A stretch of 59,498 bases of DNA, filler included, from Sphacelaria rigidula (taxonomy: Eukaryota), in assembly GCA_964200075.2 (NCBI GenBank). It is 8 parts of 8 records of this genome, joined end to end, with 100 filler letters (N's around TTAATTAATTAA, not from the genome) between each part and the next. Parts side by side here need not be neighbours in the genome. Positions count along the whole stretch, not along the records: positions 7,452 to 14,801 come from CAXNAA020015296.1; positions 14,902 to 22,251 come from CAXNAA020015297.1; positions 22,352 to 29,701 come from CAXNAA020015298.1; 5 more parts are not named here. One strand, 5' to 3'. The notes beneath the pieces are model-generated. The model was not told the DNA's origin. It ran no database searches and saw nothing but the letters and a program-made list of their open reading frames with translations. This document shows positions 12,914 to 24,699 of the stretch, in pieces (the stretch's first letter is position 1; every line of letters starts with the position of its first letter). Position numbers and translations under genes: made by a program.

Positions 12914-13574
12914 ATGCAGGCCGAACTAGGAGTCCATCAAAAGGCTGGAACATTTTCGACTGGCCATGTACCGGAAGGAGTAAACGTGACTTCAGCGAAG
13001 TGGGTTTTAAGTTGGAAAACTGACGCAGAAGGTACTATAACGAAAGCAAAGGCAAGGTTGGTAGCACAAGGAGTTTGGACGTACGTTCAAGAAAGGACAT
13101 GAGAGGCTTTCAGTTTACTGCGATGCAGACTATGTCAAAAAGGAAACGGATAGGCGTTCGGTTTCACGGATAGCCGTAATGTACGGTGGGGTGGTGGTGT
13201 CGGCAACGAGCCGCACGCAATACTGTGTGACTTTGTCAACTACGGAGGCAGAGTATGTCGCAATGGCCGAGGGGGCAAAGGAGAGACTGTTTGTAAAGGT
13301 AGTGTTGACGTTCCTGCGACTTCAGACTGTGTCGGGATGCGGGGAGGACCACGGTATTGTTTTGTACGAGGACAACGAGGGAGCAAAAGCTCTGGCCGAA
13401 AATCCCTTCAGTTCCGAAAGGAGTAAGCACATCGACGTAAGGTGTCACTTCATTCGAGAGCTGGTGGGGACGGGAAATATCAGGGTTGTGCATGTAGGAT
13501 CAGGATGGCAGCATGCTGATATTTGGACGAAACCTCTCTCGATCAACCTGTTTACGGGGCACTCACGTTTTTGA
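12914..13574 (+). pseudogene. pol: Copia RT N-terminus fused by deletion to RNase H
   Basis: SAKWVLSWKTD...KAKARLVAQG, then within ~50 bp VYCDADY...DRRSVS...LSTTEAEYVA...EDNEGA...SKHIDVRCHFIRELV; the YVDD core is missing. Confidence 0.9.
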
Positions 13575-13849
13575 TGAACTTGGAAGGCGACAAGTAGGTG
13601 CGTTTTTGTGATACATTTATGCGCATTTTGGGTTGAGCCCCCATGCTACTTTGAGAGGCATGGGTTTTGTAGGGCGTTTCCTGACATGACATGTATCTGC
13701 CTCGACCGGCGTCCATGGATTATCTAGATGGAGAGCACAAGCTGTTGAGGGAAGTTTTGTTTTGCTCGGATGGCCGGGTTTCCCCCTTATAACTTGTTTA
13801 TTTTTAGAGAGAGATAGCCACGACGACTGATGTACCGGTTCAGACGGGG

Positions 13850-14087
13850 TGTTCATGTGAACGGGTACACTGAGTGAACATGTACATGCGCGGATAGGTT
13901 TATGCTGACGCACGGATACTGGTAGTCAAGTGTATGTGACTACAGTACCATGCTCAGGCCGGCTGCGACTCTGCCGTCTGAGTTCACTCCACATCTGATC
14001 CCTCTATTATAGGATCGACTCCGTCAAGGCACTCTCCGATAATACAAAAGATAAAACTATCTATTCTTCGCCACGGGCCACGGAATA
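13850..14087 (+). repeat. 3' LTR of the Copia element (last ~12 bp lost)
   Basis: Begins TGTTCATGTGAAC; matches the 5' LTR up to ...GGGCCACGGAATAC, then switches to a different repeat. Confidence 0.85.
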
Positions 14088-14089
14088 CC

Positions 14090-14560
14090 CGTGTCCTTTG
14101 TGCGCCCTCGCTTGGCGAATACCAATCGCTCGAGAGACTAGCATCATCTATGTTACCAGCATGTGCCCAACTTTCCAGGCGCCAGAACATCGAGCTGCGG
14201 AGAGATTCCGTCTCGTCTTGCCTGTCGAGCTGACCAATGCGAAGATCGATTCCTCTCTGCCCCTCGTTTTGGACAGGACGCGCCTCTGTGCGCTGAAAAA
14301 CATGTTGAAAAATAGGGCAATGTTCCCCTCACCGCTACAACTGTTCTCTGTCACACACATGGCAGCAAGGGCGGTGCTGCGGCGAAAACAACAGATATAT
14401 TGAATTTGAATTTTGGGGGTGTTATTCATAGTTGATTCTACCCGACATGTACGTGAGTGACCCTCTGGGAGACCGACCAGAAGAGCGTGCCACACGCCAG
14501 TTGAGAGGGGTGTATGAGACACCAAACATTTGTGAAGACGTTCTCGACATGCGGAGTGAA
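14090..14560 (+). repeat. Unclassified interspersed repeat; second copy at ~20765-21232 on the minus strand
   Basis: Shared GCTGACCAATGC.AAGATC, TAGGGCAATGTTCCC, CACACATG.CAGCAAGG and TACCCGACATGT between two different contigs. Confidence 0.7.
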
Positions 14561-14734
14561 AAGAGATACCTATGACAGTGATCTAACCGTCGCGAGCGTG
14601 GTGCAGAGGGGTGCGTCCATGCTGCAATCTGGAGCACGCGCTGGCTGCGTTAGCACCTCGGTACAGTAGCTTTCAAGAGTTAATTCCGATGTGAGGAGGT
14701 AACGCATCACCACCTGGAGCGAGGTATGACCCCA

Positions 14735-14801
14735 GACTGCTGCCGAGATAGCCCCCCCCCGAACCGGCCAAAAAAGTGTACGGAGGCGATGATCGTAAAT
14801 G
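14735..14801. mobile_element. End of a GAC-ended MITE (family A), cut by the contig end
   Basis: GACTGCTGCCGAGATAGCCCCCCCC..CGGCCAAAAA.GTG.ACGGAGGCGATGATC, matching the left end of 38905-39152. Confidence 0.8.
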
Positions 14802-14901
14802 NNNNNNNNNNNNNNNNNNNNNNNNNNNNNNNNNNNNNNNNNNNNTTAATTAATTAANNNNNNNNNNNNNNNNNNNNNNNNNNNNNNNNNNNNNNNNNNN
14901 N
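14802..14901. other. Artificial contig spacer
   Basis: N44-TTAATTAATTAA-N44. Confidence 0.98.
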
Positions 14902-15375
<474 letters not shown>

Positions 15376-15770
15376 CATACACAAACACGTCTACAAACAC
15401 ACACAACAAGAGAAGTATCTCGAAGGCACGTAGCTGATTGCAACACTCCAGCTCGTGATCAGAAAAAGACAGGAAAAAAATGGATAAAAATGAACGAAAC
15501 AAAGTAGAAGAATAAACGTAGAGGAAGGAATACAAGAGACAAAAATTCAGAGCCAGGCTCCTTTCCGGGGAGGGGGGGGGGGTGCACAGACAAAACAAAG
15601 ATCAGATACGAAACCATAAGGAATAATAAGATATGAACATATCAGAGATAGGAACCAAAGACAACGCTTTACGCATCTGGCGTAGGCTATGATGAGCTGG
15701 TGTTGGTACTGTTGGTCCCAGGTGCTGTCGATGCATCTAGGTCTGCAGCTTTCGCGTGCCGTATCGCTGC

Positions 15771-18700
15771 CTATGCGTCACCCTTTTGGCACGAGGCCGC
15801 TATAAACCTTTTTGCTCCTTCTCCAACATAGCTGTGCCACTCTACTGCATTTGAGGCTCTGGTAGTCCATCCCTGCCATTTGATACCGAACGCCTTCATG
15901 TCTTCCGCTAGGCAGCGGATCCAGCCCTTGTGCCTGTCGTTAAACTCTCCTTGTTGACCCATTACGGCTATGATTTCCCCGAGCATGACATGTTTCGGTA
16001 ACCGTCCGGGTGACATGCGAGCGACGACACCGGCGAAGTGGAGTCTCCTCTTCCTCAATGTCGGCTCGATGCATTCACACCCTGTCCTCGCGAGGGTCTC
16101 TTGGTATGACAGAACCTGGTCCGTGCGATTGTGTTTGTGCCATCCAAGGCAGCGCCTGAGCAACGTATGGTGGGCCTTGCGCAGTAGATTGTAGTGAGCG
16201 TTGAGAGGGGTCCATGTAACGCACCCGTACAGGAGCGCCTAGACAGCCTCAGCTTTGATCATGCGGGCCTTGAGGTGGACAGCCGCGTTCGGTGGATTGT
16301 AGAATAAGCCTTTGCACTGGTGGTAGTTCGATCATGCCCGTTGTATGCGCTTTTTGATTTCCACCGAGACATCGCCGCTCTCCGTGAATAAACCTCCCAA
16401 GTATACAAAGTTGTCTGTTTGTTTGTATACCTGGCCAGCCGCGTTGATCTCGAGGTGCCCCGCCTGTGAGTGCGGTCGCATGGTCTTCGTCTTTGCTTCC
16501 GACATGGTCAACCCAAAGTCTCCGCAGATCATCGCAATCACCGTCATCATCTTCTCGAGGCTCGATGATGTCCGCGAGGCGATGCAGGCGTCATCGGCGT
16601 ACAGCATACTCCATGAGACCCATAACTCTTCCGCCGCGATTGCTGTGGCCACGTCTGGCTCAACTCGTGCTACAGCACATTCCTGTTGAAAATCTCCCTT
16701 TTCGCGCTTTTAGACTCGCACCACGTCCCCCGAGAGGTCAGGGCCATCGCGGAAGGTTGCCAGGGCCACCGTGAGCACTGCCGTGAAGCAAATGTCGAAT
16801 AGCACGAGTACTAGGACGCATCCCTGTCGGAGGCGCGGCCCGATGTCAAACCATTCCGAGTATTTCCCGTCGTTCGTGCGCACCCGAGCTTGCATACCAC
16901 CGTAGAATTAGCGGATGACCGAGAGCATGATAGGTGGGGCGCCATAGCGCTCCAGAACTTTCCACAGCAATGGGCGGTCGATAGAATCGTATGCTTTCGT
17001 GAGGTCGACGAAACATATGTAGAGCGGGATCTGTCGACTTCGGCCAAGTTCCTGGAGTCATCGGATGGTGAACATCATGTCGACGGTTGAGCGTCTGGGG
17101 AGCACTCGCAGTAGGTTCTCAGGCGGCAGGCGATCATCTTGAGGAGAGCTTCGCCGACGTGTGACACGAGATAAAATCCTCTTTAGGTTCCACATTCCGT
17201 CCGATCGCTCTTTTTGTGGAGAACTATGATGGTGCCATCCTTCTATTCTTTTGGTCTGGCTGCTCCGCCCCAGACGTCAACGACGATAGCGTGGAATCTC
17301 TGTAGACGACTAGTGTCGTCGCCGTCGACGAGTATCTTCAGCAGGTCCGTCGGCAGTTCATCCGTGCCAACGGCTTTTCCGTTGGACATACAGTGTATGA
17401 CATCCGCTGTCTCGGCTATCGTAGGCACCTCGTCTAGGGACGTGCTCGGAAGTCGCGCCTGGAGTTGGTCAATGCTTGCTGGGTTGAATGGGGCGACTTG
17501 GTGTTTAGGAGGTTGTGAAACCACTATACCCACCGAGGGAGTGAGCGTTACGTCTCTGAGCAGTTGATCCTTGTTGTCGTGGATATATTGCTACTGTGAG
17601 CTACATGGTTTCCTCCCTTCGACATCGATTCCCTTCAGATGCCTGTAGAAACCGCGTTGGTCACCTTTCGCGAGGTGCGCTGCAAGTAGGCTGACGTAGG
17701 TCTCAAATAATCTCTCCCCCGCATGTGCTCTAACACGACGGAGCTCCTTGTTGGTTTTCTTCAAGACCTTTTTGAGGTTGGTGTCAGTGGGCGTTGACAT
17801 CGATGCCCCCCGGGCTGTTTCTCTCGCCATCCATGCAGTATGGATCTTTGCCTTGATCTCGGCACTCGTGTACCAGCCGTGGGAGCCTCGTCGGTTTCTC
17901 TCGAGGGGCGCGGTGTCTGCGGCGGCGGACGTCAGCATCTTGGTGGAAGCTGCATTCATGTCAGCGGCGGTAGTATCTATAGGCAAGGGGTCGAGAGGGA
18001 AGACCGTTTGCAACATCGTTGCTCTCACCTCTGGGTCAGCCACGATCTTTTCAAGGTCGGCCGTTCTGCGTCTTGGTACATGTTTCCGCATCTTGTGATT
18101 GGGCGCGAAGCGACCACGAAGCCTGACCTTTGCAGATACAAGGTTATGATCCGATTCGCGTTTCCCGGGTGGTGGGCGGCGGATGGACATGTTGCGTACG
18201 AGTTTTCGGTTCCTTCCCAGCGTTGGAGCCTTGGAAAGTGTACGAGATGCCTCGCTTGGGTGTTATGAAGAACCTACTGAGCACGGAAAAGCGTTGTTCC
18301 TCTGCGAAGGCCAGTAGCCTCTCACCGTTATTGTTAAGTACGTCCCGCCCGTATTTGCCAAGTGCCTTTCTATCATTCTCTCCATCCCCTCCCCTCGTTT
18401 TCCAGTGCGGGCATTGGCATCGATCATGACGGATAGATGTTCCTTGCCATGTACTTGTGAGATGATATCGGATACGTCATCCCAAAACTTGTTCTTGTCG
18501 CGCAGCGGAGCGGTCTCCGTCGGGGCATATCCAACAACAAATGATACTGCGTTGGATTTGCCGTGTAGGTCAAGTTTCGCTTTCAGACGTCGAGCACTGA
18601 GGTGCTCGACTGTAGCACCTTTTCCTCCCATGATAGATATCCCTACACCTTGTTGTCCTGCTCTCCCCTAAGCCCCGCTTGTGCCACCAGAACATGATAC

Positions 18701-18870
18701 CGTAGATCCCGTCGCACTGAACACTGATTGGCCGTGCCTTCAAGTTTCTTGCAAACCTACGATATCGCAGCCCAGATTCACACAAGTTTTCAGGATAATC
18801 TCGCTGTGGCCAATGCCGTTCGCACTCTTGGAAGCGAGCGTGCGAACGTTGTGGGTGCCGACAGTAAGCT
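15771..18870 (-). mobile_element. RTE-like non-LTR retrotransposon (APE endonuclease + RT), near full length, disrupted by frameshifts and stops
   Basis: [74 protein letters not shown]-terminal LRKRRLHFAGVVARM...RLPKHVMLGE typical of the RTE clade. Confidence 0.92.
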
Positions 18871-19489
18871 CGCCAATCCTGGTCCTCACCCTCGCAGTCT
18901 ATTTTCTCTTGTCGCAGCCCTCCGACCTGGTCGTCTCCTGCGCCTCCTTTTCCGAGCGGCGTGTTTTTTCTTCTCTTCTGTCCCTTTACACTCTACATGC
19001 AAGTGCATATTTCCGTTTTGAAATTAACATTGCTCCGTGCGTGCTTGTTATCACACATGGTTTCTGGGGCAGCCGTCCCGACATGCCTCGACCGGTTTCA
19101 CCACCCTATCGTTTGTTGTGCTTGCACACATGTAAATACATGGCAGCTCTAGTCTCCTTGCTACGTGCCCCACGCTTTCGGCGACGGTTACGTGGTGCGG
19201 CTGCCGCGGGCTGTGTAGCCGCGGCAAAGTTTGCCATTGGAAAATCCTCCGCCGGGCAAAATTCCGCCGCATCAGGATTATGTACCATCACCATCGTCGA
19301 GCCTAAGCAGCAGGTGGGGAAGCAAGACGGTCGCCACCCTTTTACCTCTGTTGCTGTTGTTACTACTGTCGACGATGACGCCTTGTCTCTACACTTCAGG
19401 TATGTGCGTGCAGGCTTGCAGTTCACACACCCGCCCCAGGCCGGGCAGCCCGGGGAGGGAGTATTTCACACGCGGCAATGTTTTCGTGT

Positions 19490-20405
19490 GAGGAGGTTAC
19501 TCATTACAAGCTGGGGCGAGATTAAGGTGTCACGATAGACAAGAGTGCTTTATGATCATCAACCACTTGCCGTTGCATTAGTGACCCATACCATCAATCG
19601 GCGACCGCGAAGAAAGGTCTTGCCTAAAAATAGGTTTCAAGCAGCGCTGGCAGCAATACGTCAGACAAGCCCCGACATAGCTAGCTTTCGTTGTTGTACC
19701 AATTGTCTGTATAGTCACTGTAGCATCGAGATTGACAATGACTGTTGGATGAAACAACAATTGATTTTTTTTCAAGTTATTCCACACGATCAAAACACCT
19801 CTCAAGAGCCGCGGAAAAGCGTCTGCTTCGGGTCCGGTCAAACGTGTGGAGATACTGTCGAACAGTTCTACTAAACTATTCTGGGCATAAAGCAATCAGT
19901 ATAGAACCGACCTGGAGTGGATACATTTACGTTCAACAAAGAAATTTGTGCAGATAAGACGCTTCGCAAATGGAAAGACGCGGAATTGAATTCGGAGAAA
20001 ACTCGCTGTGCCCGTCAGCGTCCCATAGAGCTTACACAAACCCTGTCCTCGTTTTTTCTCATGCCCGGCGGGAAGCGGGGAAGCCACACTCTCGCAGCTC
20101 GAGAGGCGTTTTGATCGTGTGGAATGAGTATGAAAAAATGAACTGTTTTATCGTACAACCGTTGTCAATCTCGATGCTACGGTGATTATGCAGACAGCCA
20201 GTACACAAACAAAAGCTAGCCATGTCCGGGCTTGTCTGACGTACTGCTGCCAGCGCTGCTTGAAACCTATTTTTAAGCAAGACCTTTCTTTGCGGTCGCC
20301 GGTTGGTGGTGTGGGTCACGAATCACGGCAAGCGGTTGATCATAAAGCACTCTTGTCCATCGTGAAACCACAACTTCGCCCCAGCTTGTAATAAGTGACC
20401 TCCTC
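19490..20405. mobile_element. Foldback/MITE with ~340-bp inverted arms and a ~250-bp spacer, GAG...CTC termini
   Basis: 19490-~19830 is the reverse complement of ~20080-20405 (e.g. AAAAATAGGTTTCAAGCAGCGCTGGCAGCA.TACGTCAGACAAGCCC); ORFs 19545+ and 20059- give similar peptides; TSD not clean. Confidence 0.85.
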
Positions 20406-20512
20406 ATATACAAGTCTTGAAAAGATATACACACCGACGCAACGGGTGCTCCAGCGTACAGCGTGGCGGCAACCTTATGTTGGGTCACGCCTGCAACCGT
20501 GTGGTCACCGCC

Positions 20513-20758
20513 GACAACTTTTACGATAGCCCCACCCAAAAAACTGCCTGGTTTAGGGAGGCAAACCACGTAAATCGAAATGAAAGAAGCCGAATGTGAT
20601 AAGCAGCTGGGAATTCCCATGCTTGGGTTCGTCTCGCCCATGTCACCCATATGAGGCGCTTCATGCAGCCTAAACCCAAATATCAGGCGCTGTATGACCA
20701 TTTTTGTCGTGACACGTTTGGAATGATTCTTGGGGGGGAGGGTATCGTAGAAAGTGTC
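20513..20758 (+). mobile_element. GAC-ended MITE (family B), 246 bp, TSD CGCC
   Basis: GACAACTTTTACGATAGCCCC...GGGTATCGTAGAAAGTGTC with CGCC on both sides. Confidence 0.85.
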
Positions 20759-21238
20759 CGCCAAAGGTGCCTTTTGTGACTCTGCATGGCAAGAAGGTCT
20801 CCTCAAATGTTTGATATCTCATACATCCCCCCAACTGGCGTGTGGCACGCTCTTCTCCTCGTCGTGCATGCACAGGTACACATGTCGGGTAAAATCGATG
20901 ATTAATAACACCCCCGCCCAAGTTGCGGTTGGATCTGCTATTGCCGCAACATCGTCCTTGCTGGCATGTGTGTGAAGGGAACATTGCCCTACGTTTCAAC
21001 GACGTGTTCTGCAGGGCACCAGTCAAAAACAAAGGCGGAGAGGATCTGATCTTTGCATTGGTCAGCGCCACAGACAAGAGGAGACGACACCCGTCGGCAC
21101 CTCGATGCTGTTAAGGGGGCTGTGCAGCAATATTATCACGCCTGGCGGCACACGAAAATTCGGCATGTGCTGGTAACATGATGCCAATCGCTCGAACGAC
21201 TGGGAACCGCCGAATGAGGATACACAATAGACGTGGAC

Positions 21239-21491
21239 GACACTTTCTACGATGCCCCCACCACCCCCGAAACCAGCCCAAACCTGTCACGAAAACAATA
21301 GTCATACAGCGCCTGATGTTTGCTTCCAGGCTGCATGAAATGCATCAGAAGGGCGACATGGGCGAAAACACACCCAGCCATTGGAATTTCCAGCTGCTCG
21401 TTGTGCCTGACGTTTTTCATTTCGATTTACGCGTAGATTTTGTATCCCCAAACCACCTACTCTTCGTGGGAGAGCTATAGTAGAAAGTGTC
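21239..21491 (-). mobile_element. GAC-ended MITE (family B), 253 bp, TSD GGAC
   Basis: GACACTTTCTACGATGCCCCC...GCTATAGTAGAAAGTGTC with GGAC on both sides; reverse-complement homolog of 20513-20758. Confidence 0.85.
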
Positions 21492-22176
21492 GGACAAGGA
21501 GCTTCCTCTCCGCCGTTGCTCCTCCGGTGATATTGTCATCGACACGCGTGTACACCGCATTCGTTCGGTGCACCTATCCTCACCTGCTAAACTGCTCCAG
21601 GGGGTTTGGGGGTGGAAGATGCTTCCCCTTCGTGTAAGTGTTTGGCACCATTCCTGCAAAATGGCTGTGCCGTTTGAACCTCATTTTTGTGTCCCACCCC
21701 ATTTTTGAGAATCGCCATTGTTAATGGCTACCCCATCACGCCCAACTGTATATATTCTTTTTTGGCCCCTCTGCTTCGTTTGGCGTCTTAACTGGGGCTA
21801 TAGGGAGATGTAGACACCTTATATTCGAATGCCTTCATATATTCGTCGGAAAATCCTTGGACACCGTGGTATTTTCTGGTCGTTGCAGGTCTGATTTTGT
21901 GGCACATGCACTCTTGTCCAACAGTGGTCAATGCCGTGGAGAAAACTCTTGACTACCTTCGCGTTTCCCGGTGGCCGCGCGTTTATTCTTGATTGAACTG
22001 GTATTCTTGTCCAACAATTGTTGTCCTGGAGCTTAATCGAAAGCGTCTTGGACGAGGTGCTCAATGCAGGGGGGAAAGGGTAATACCTTCTTGAATTCTT
22101 CCCTCACCAAACACCATGCGAGCGATCACCCCGTGCATCTCTCCATACGCGGTACACCCTGTCATAATATACCCTC

Positions 22177-22251
22177 GACTCATGCCGAGATAGCCCCCCC
22201 ACAAAAAGTGCACCGGAGACCGTCCGACAAACCGGCTTCGATCCCACTACT
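22177..22251. mobile_element. End of a GAC-ended MITE (family A), cut by the contig end
   Basis: GACTCATGCCGAGATAGCCCCCCCACAAAAAGTGCACCGGAGACC matches the reverse complement of the right end of 38905-39152. Confidence 0.8.
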
Positions 22252-22351
22252 NNNNNNNNNNNNNNNNNNNNNNNNNNNNNNNNNNNNNNNNNNNNTTAAT
22301 TAATTAANNNNNNNNNNNNNNNNNNNNNNNNNNNNNNNNNNNNNNNNNNNN
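22252..22351. other. Artificial contig spacer
   Basis: N44-TTAATTAATTAA-N44. Confidence 0.98.
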
Positions 22352-24699
22352 GTCTCTGCTAGAAGTAGGCACGGTGCTCCGTCTCAAAAGGCATGCGTGG
22401 TCAATGGTCAAATGACTAAGGCAAGCAAAAAATGAGTACGCCCCCCCCCATCTCCCTCCTGCACCTATAATCTTTGTATGGATGCTTCGCCCACACTAGT
22501 ATGTCAGACACCCTGACAGCCGTAGACGTCATGCCAGCCACACTTGTGTTTCCGCAGAGATTGTGAGGGATTGAATCTGAAACCCTTCAGCATGGCAGCG
22601 CAAGCACCTCTGTGTGCTACTGTTCACAACCACTGCAATTAGATTGACACGGAAATGCCCCTGATGGATGACGACCCGACACGAACAACAGCTGGAAGCC
22701 ATGATGACCTACCTGCCTGCCCGAGCTGGAAGGTGGAACGTTCGGCATAACTACGAGAATGTTCTCGACAGTTTTGTTCGATAATAGTGGCCACGACAGC
22801 CGTGCCTCTCAATTCGCCAACAAACAGTTCCTTTCATCAAACGTTTCAAGAAAAAACTCAATTATCATGACTCCACACGAATCAAACACGTCGACAACGG
22901 CACCATTTCCTTGTATCAGACATTAACCGTTCGAGGTGCCAGATACCGAAGATCGCCCCGAGATCGTCTACCGGAAACATGCGAATGACGACACAACTTT
23001 TGATGATTACAGATAGCAGGAAATACGGGTTCGGGACCGCGAAATACTACATCGTATGATGTCGGTAGGGATGGGATGATGCTCGCAGACACGGACGAGC
23101 TGCCCAGCTGAGGCTGTCAAAAAGAAACATCTGGGCCCCAATGTACAGCCCCCTACCGTGGCATGGTACTTACATGAACTTGTAAGTGTAACTTGCTGCG
23201 AGCATGAATGGTGCTGAAACAACGATGAAAAACAGTTTCGGGGGGAAATAGCGGGAGCAATGCTAGGGTAGAGGTGCACTTTTTTCGCGAAATGTTTGTC
23301 TGGTTCAGGGGCTCCTAAAGATTCGAGACGCACAAGAATATGGATCAGGGCATCCCCGTTTGCAGATTCATTCGGAATATCCCCAGCACGTTGGAATAGT
23401 AATCCTGGCGTACTCTCGCGTATTTTCAAAAGTCGTGTTTTGGATGAGATGAAGGGTTCCTAACAATTCTAACCTCAGAAAATATGTATGCACCCCTACC
23501 GTAGCATCACTCGCGACGAGTATGAGAAAAACGTTACTTTGTCACCTGCGGGTACGCTCCTCCCCTCTGAAGAACTTGATTCGGATCGCTGCGATCGACA
23601 ACGGACCATCGTCGAAACCGTACCAGATTTTGCATGTCTCGTCGGCAATGGTGTATCGGCAAGACCTGTCATTTCGACGAGAAGTACGGACCATTCGGAA
23701 AGTGGCAAGTTGGTAAATATATATATATATATATATATTCGGGGTGATTATCAGATATCCCAACAAACTTGTTTCCGGGGTACATCCAATGTGTCAAGCC
23801 TAGAAATCGAATTCCTGCGTTCGCCTCAGCTTCACCGTTCCTCTACTCAACGCTGCTACTACGTGCTGGAGGACGTTTGTGCGTATCCTTGTCCCGTGCG
23901 TTTGCACAGGGTGGTTAGTCACTACCACACCCTGGACAAAAGATAATATTGTCAAAAAATATACTGCGTACAGCATAGAATATATTGTCTATTGCGATAG
24001 GCGCAATAGTCGATACTGTACGCAGTACATTTTGTTACTATGTATTCTATTGTTCAGGGTAGGGTCGCTACTGTGATGCGATCGTATATATTTTTTACAC
24101 AAAGGAAACGGCCGAGAACGATCATGGGGGGGGAATCGGACCCCGGGGCTAGCTTTCGACAAGATGTCACAATCACCGCTGAGCCCCTCAGTCAGCGGGC
24201 AGCAGACCCCATGACTCATAAATATCCCTCTCCCGCTCAAGCTAGCAATCCGCTCTCGCTCCCGTGAGGGTTCGGCTATCTTTTGGTAACGTTTTTGTTC
24301 GTTTTGCTGGCGCCCCGCCCCGTGTGGAAGTATGTCAGTGGGGCAGACAAAATGGGAGAGTGTTGATACTGTGATGTTAACTTACGAGAAAAAGGTCGAG
24401 TCTGTAGATATGGAAGACTCGGAGGAGGAGGAACCCGAGTCAACCCCTCGAAAAATCGCCAAACGCAAAAATAAAGGAAACCCAATCAACGAATGGACAA
24501 CAACAGTAGCAGCAGTCAAAAAAGTGCGAGACAACAAAACAGGCCCTACCCCCAGGAAGTATCCATTGGCCTCTCAGCACTGCTGGAGATGGTCCGTGCG
24601 CCGGTGTTGAATATGCACTATTTGAGTAACTGGAGCATTAGCCGCGGTAAAACAGGGATTGGCTCTCCGGGGGAAAGTCGGATACATGTCAGCTGACCC

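Larger units (their letters stand above)
9588..14087 (+). mobile_element. Ty1/Copia LTR retrotransposon, internally deleted and non-autonomous
   Basis: Paired direct LTRs; gag-PR-(IN N-terminus)-(RT N-terminus)-RNase H in Copia order; purine run AGACGGGG before the 3' LTR. Confidence 0.93.

Noticed and set aside
18681..19538. 285-aa plus-strand ORF
   Set aside because: It is antisense to the LINE 5' region, runs into the foldback arm and has no motif.
21500..22170. Possible decayed coding remnant on the minus strand
   Set aside because: No frame gave a motif I could assign.
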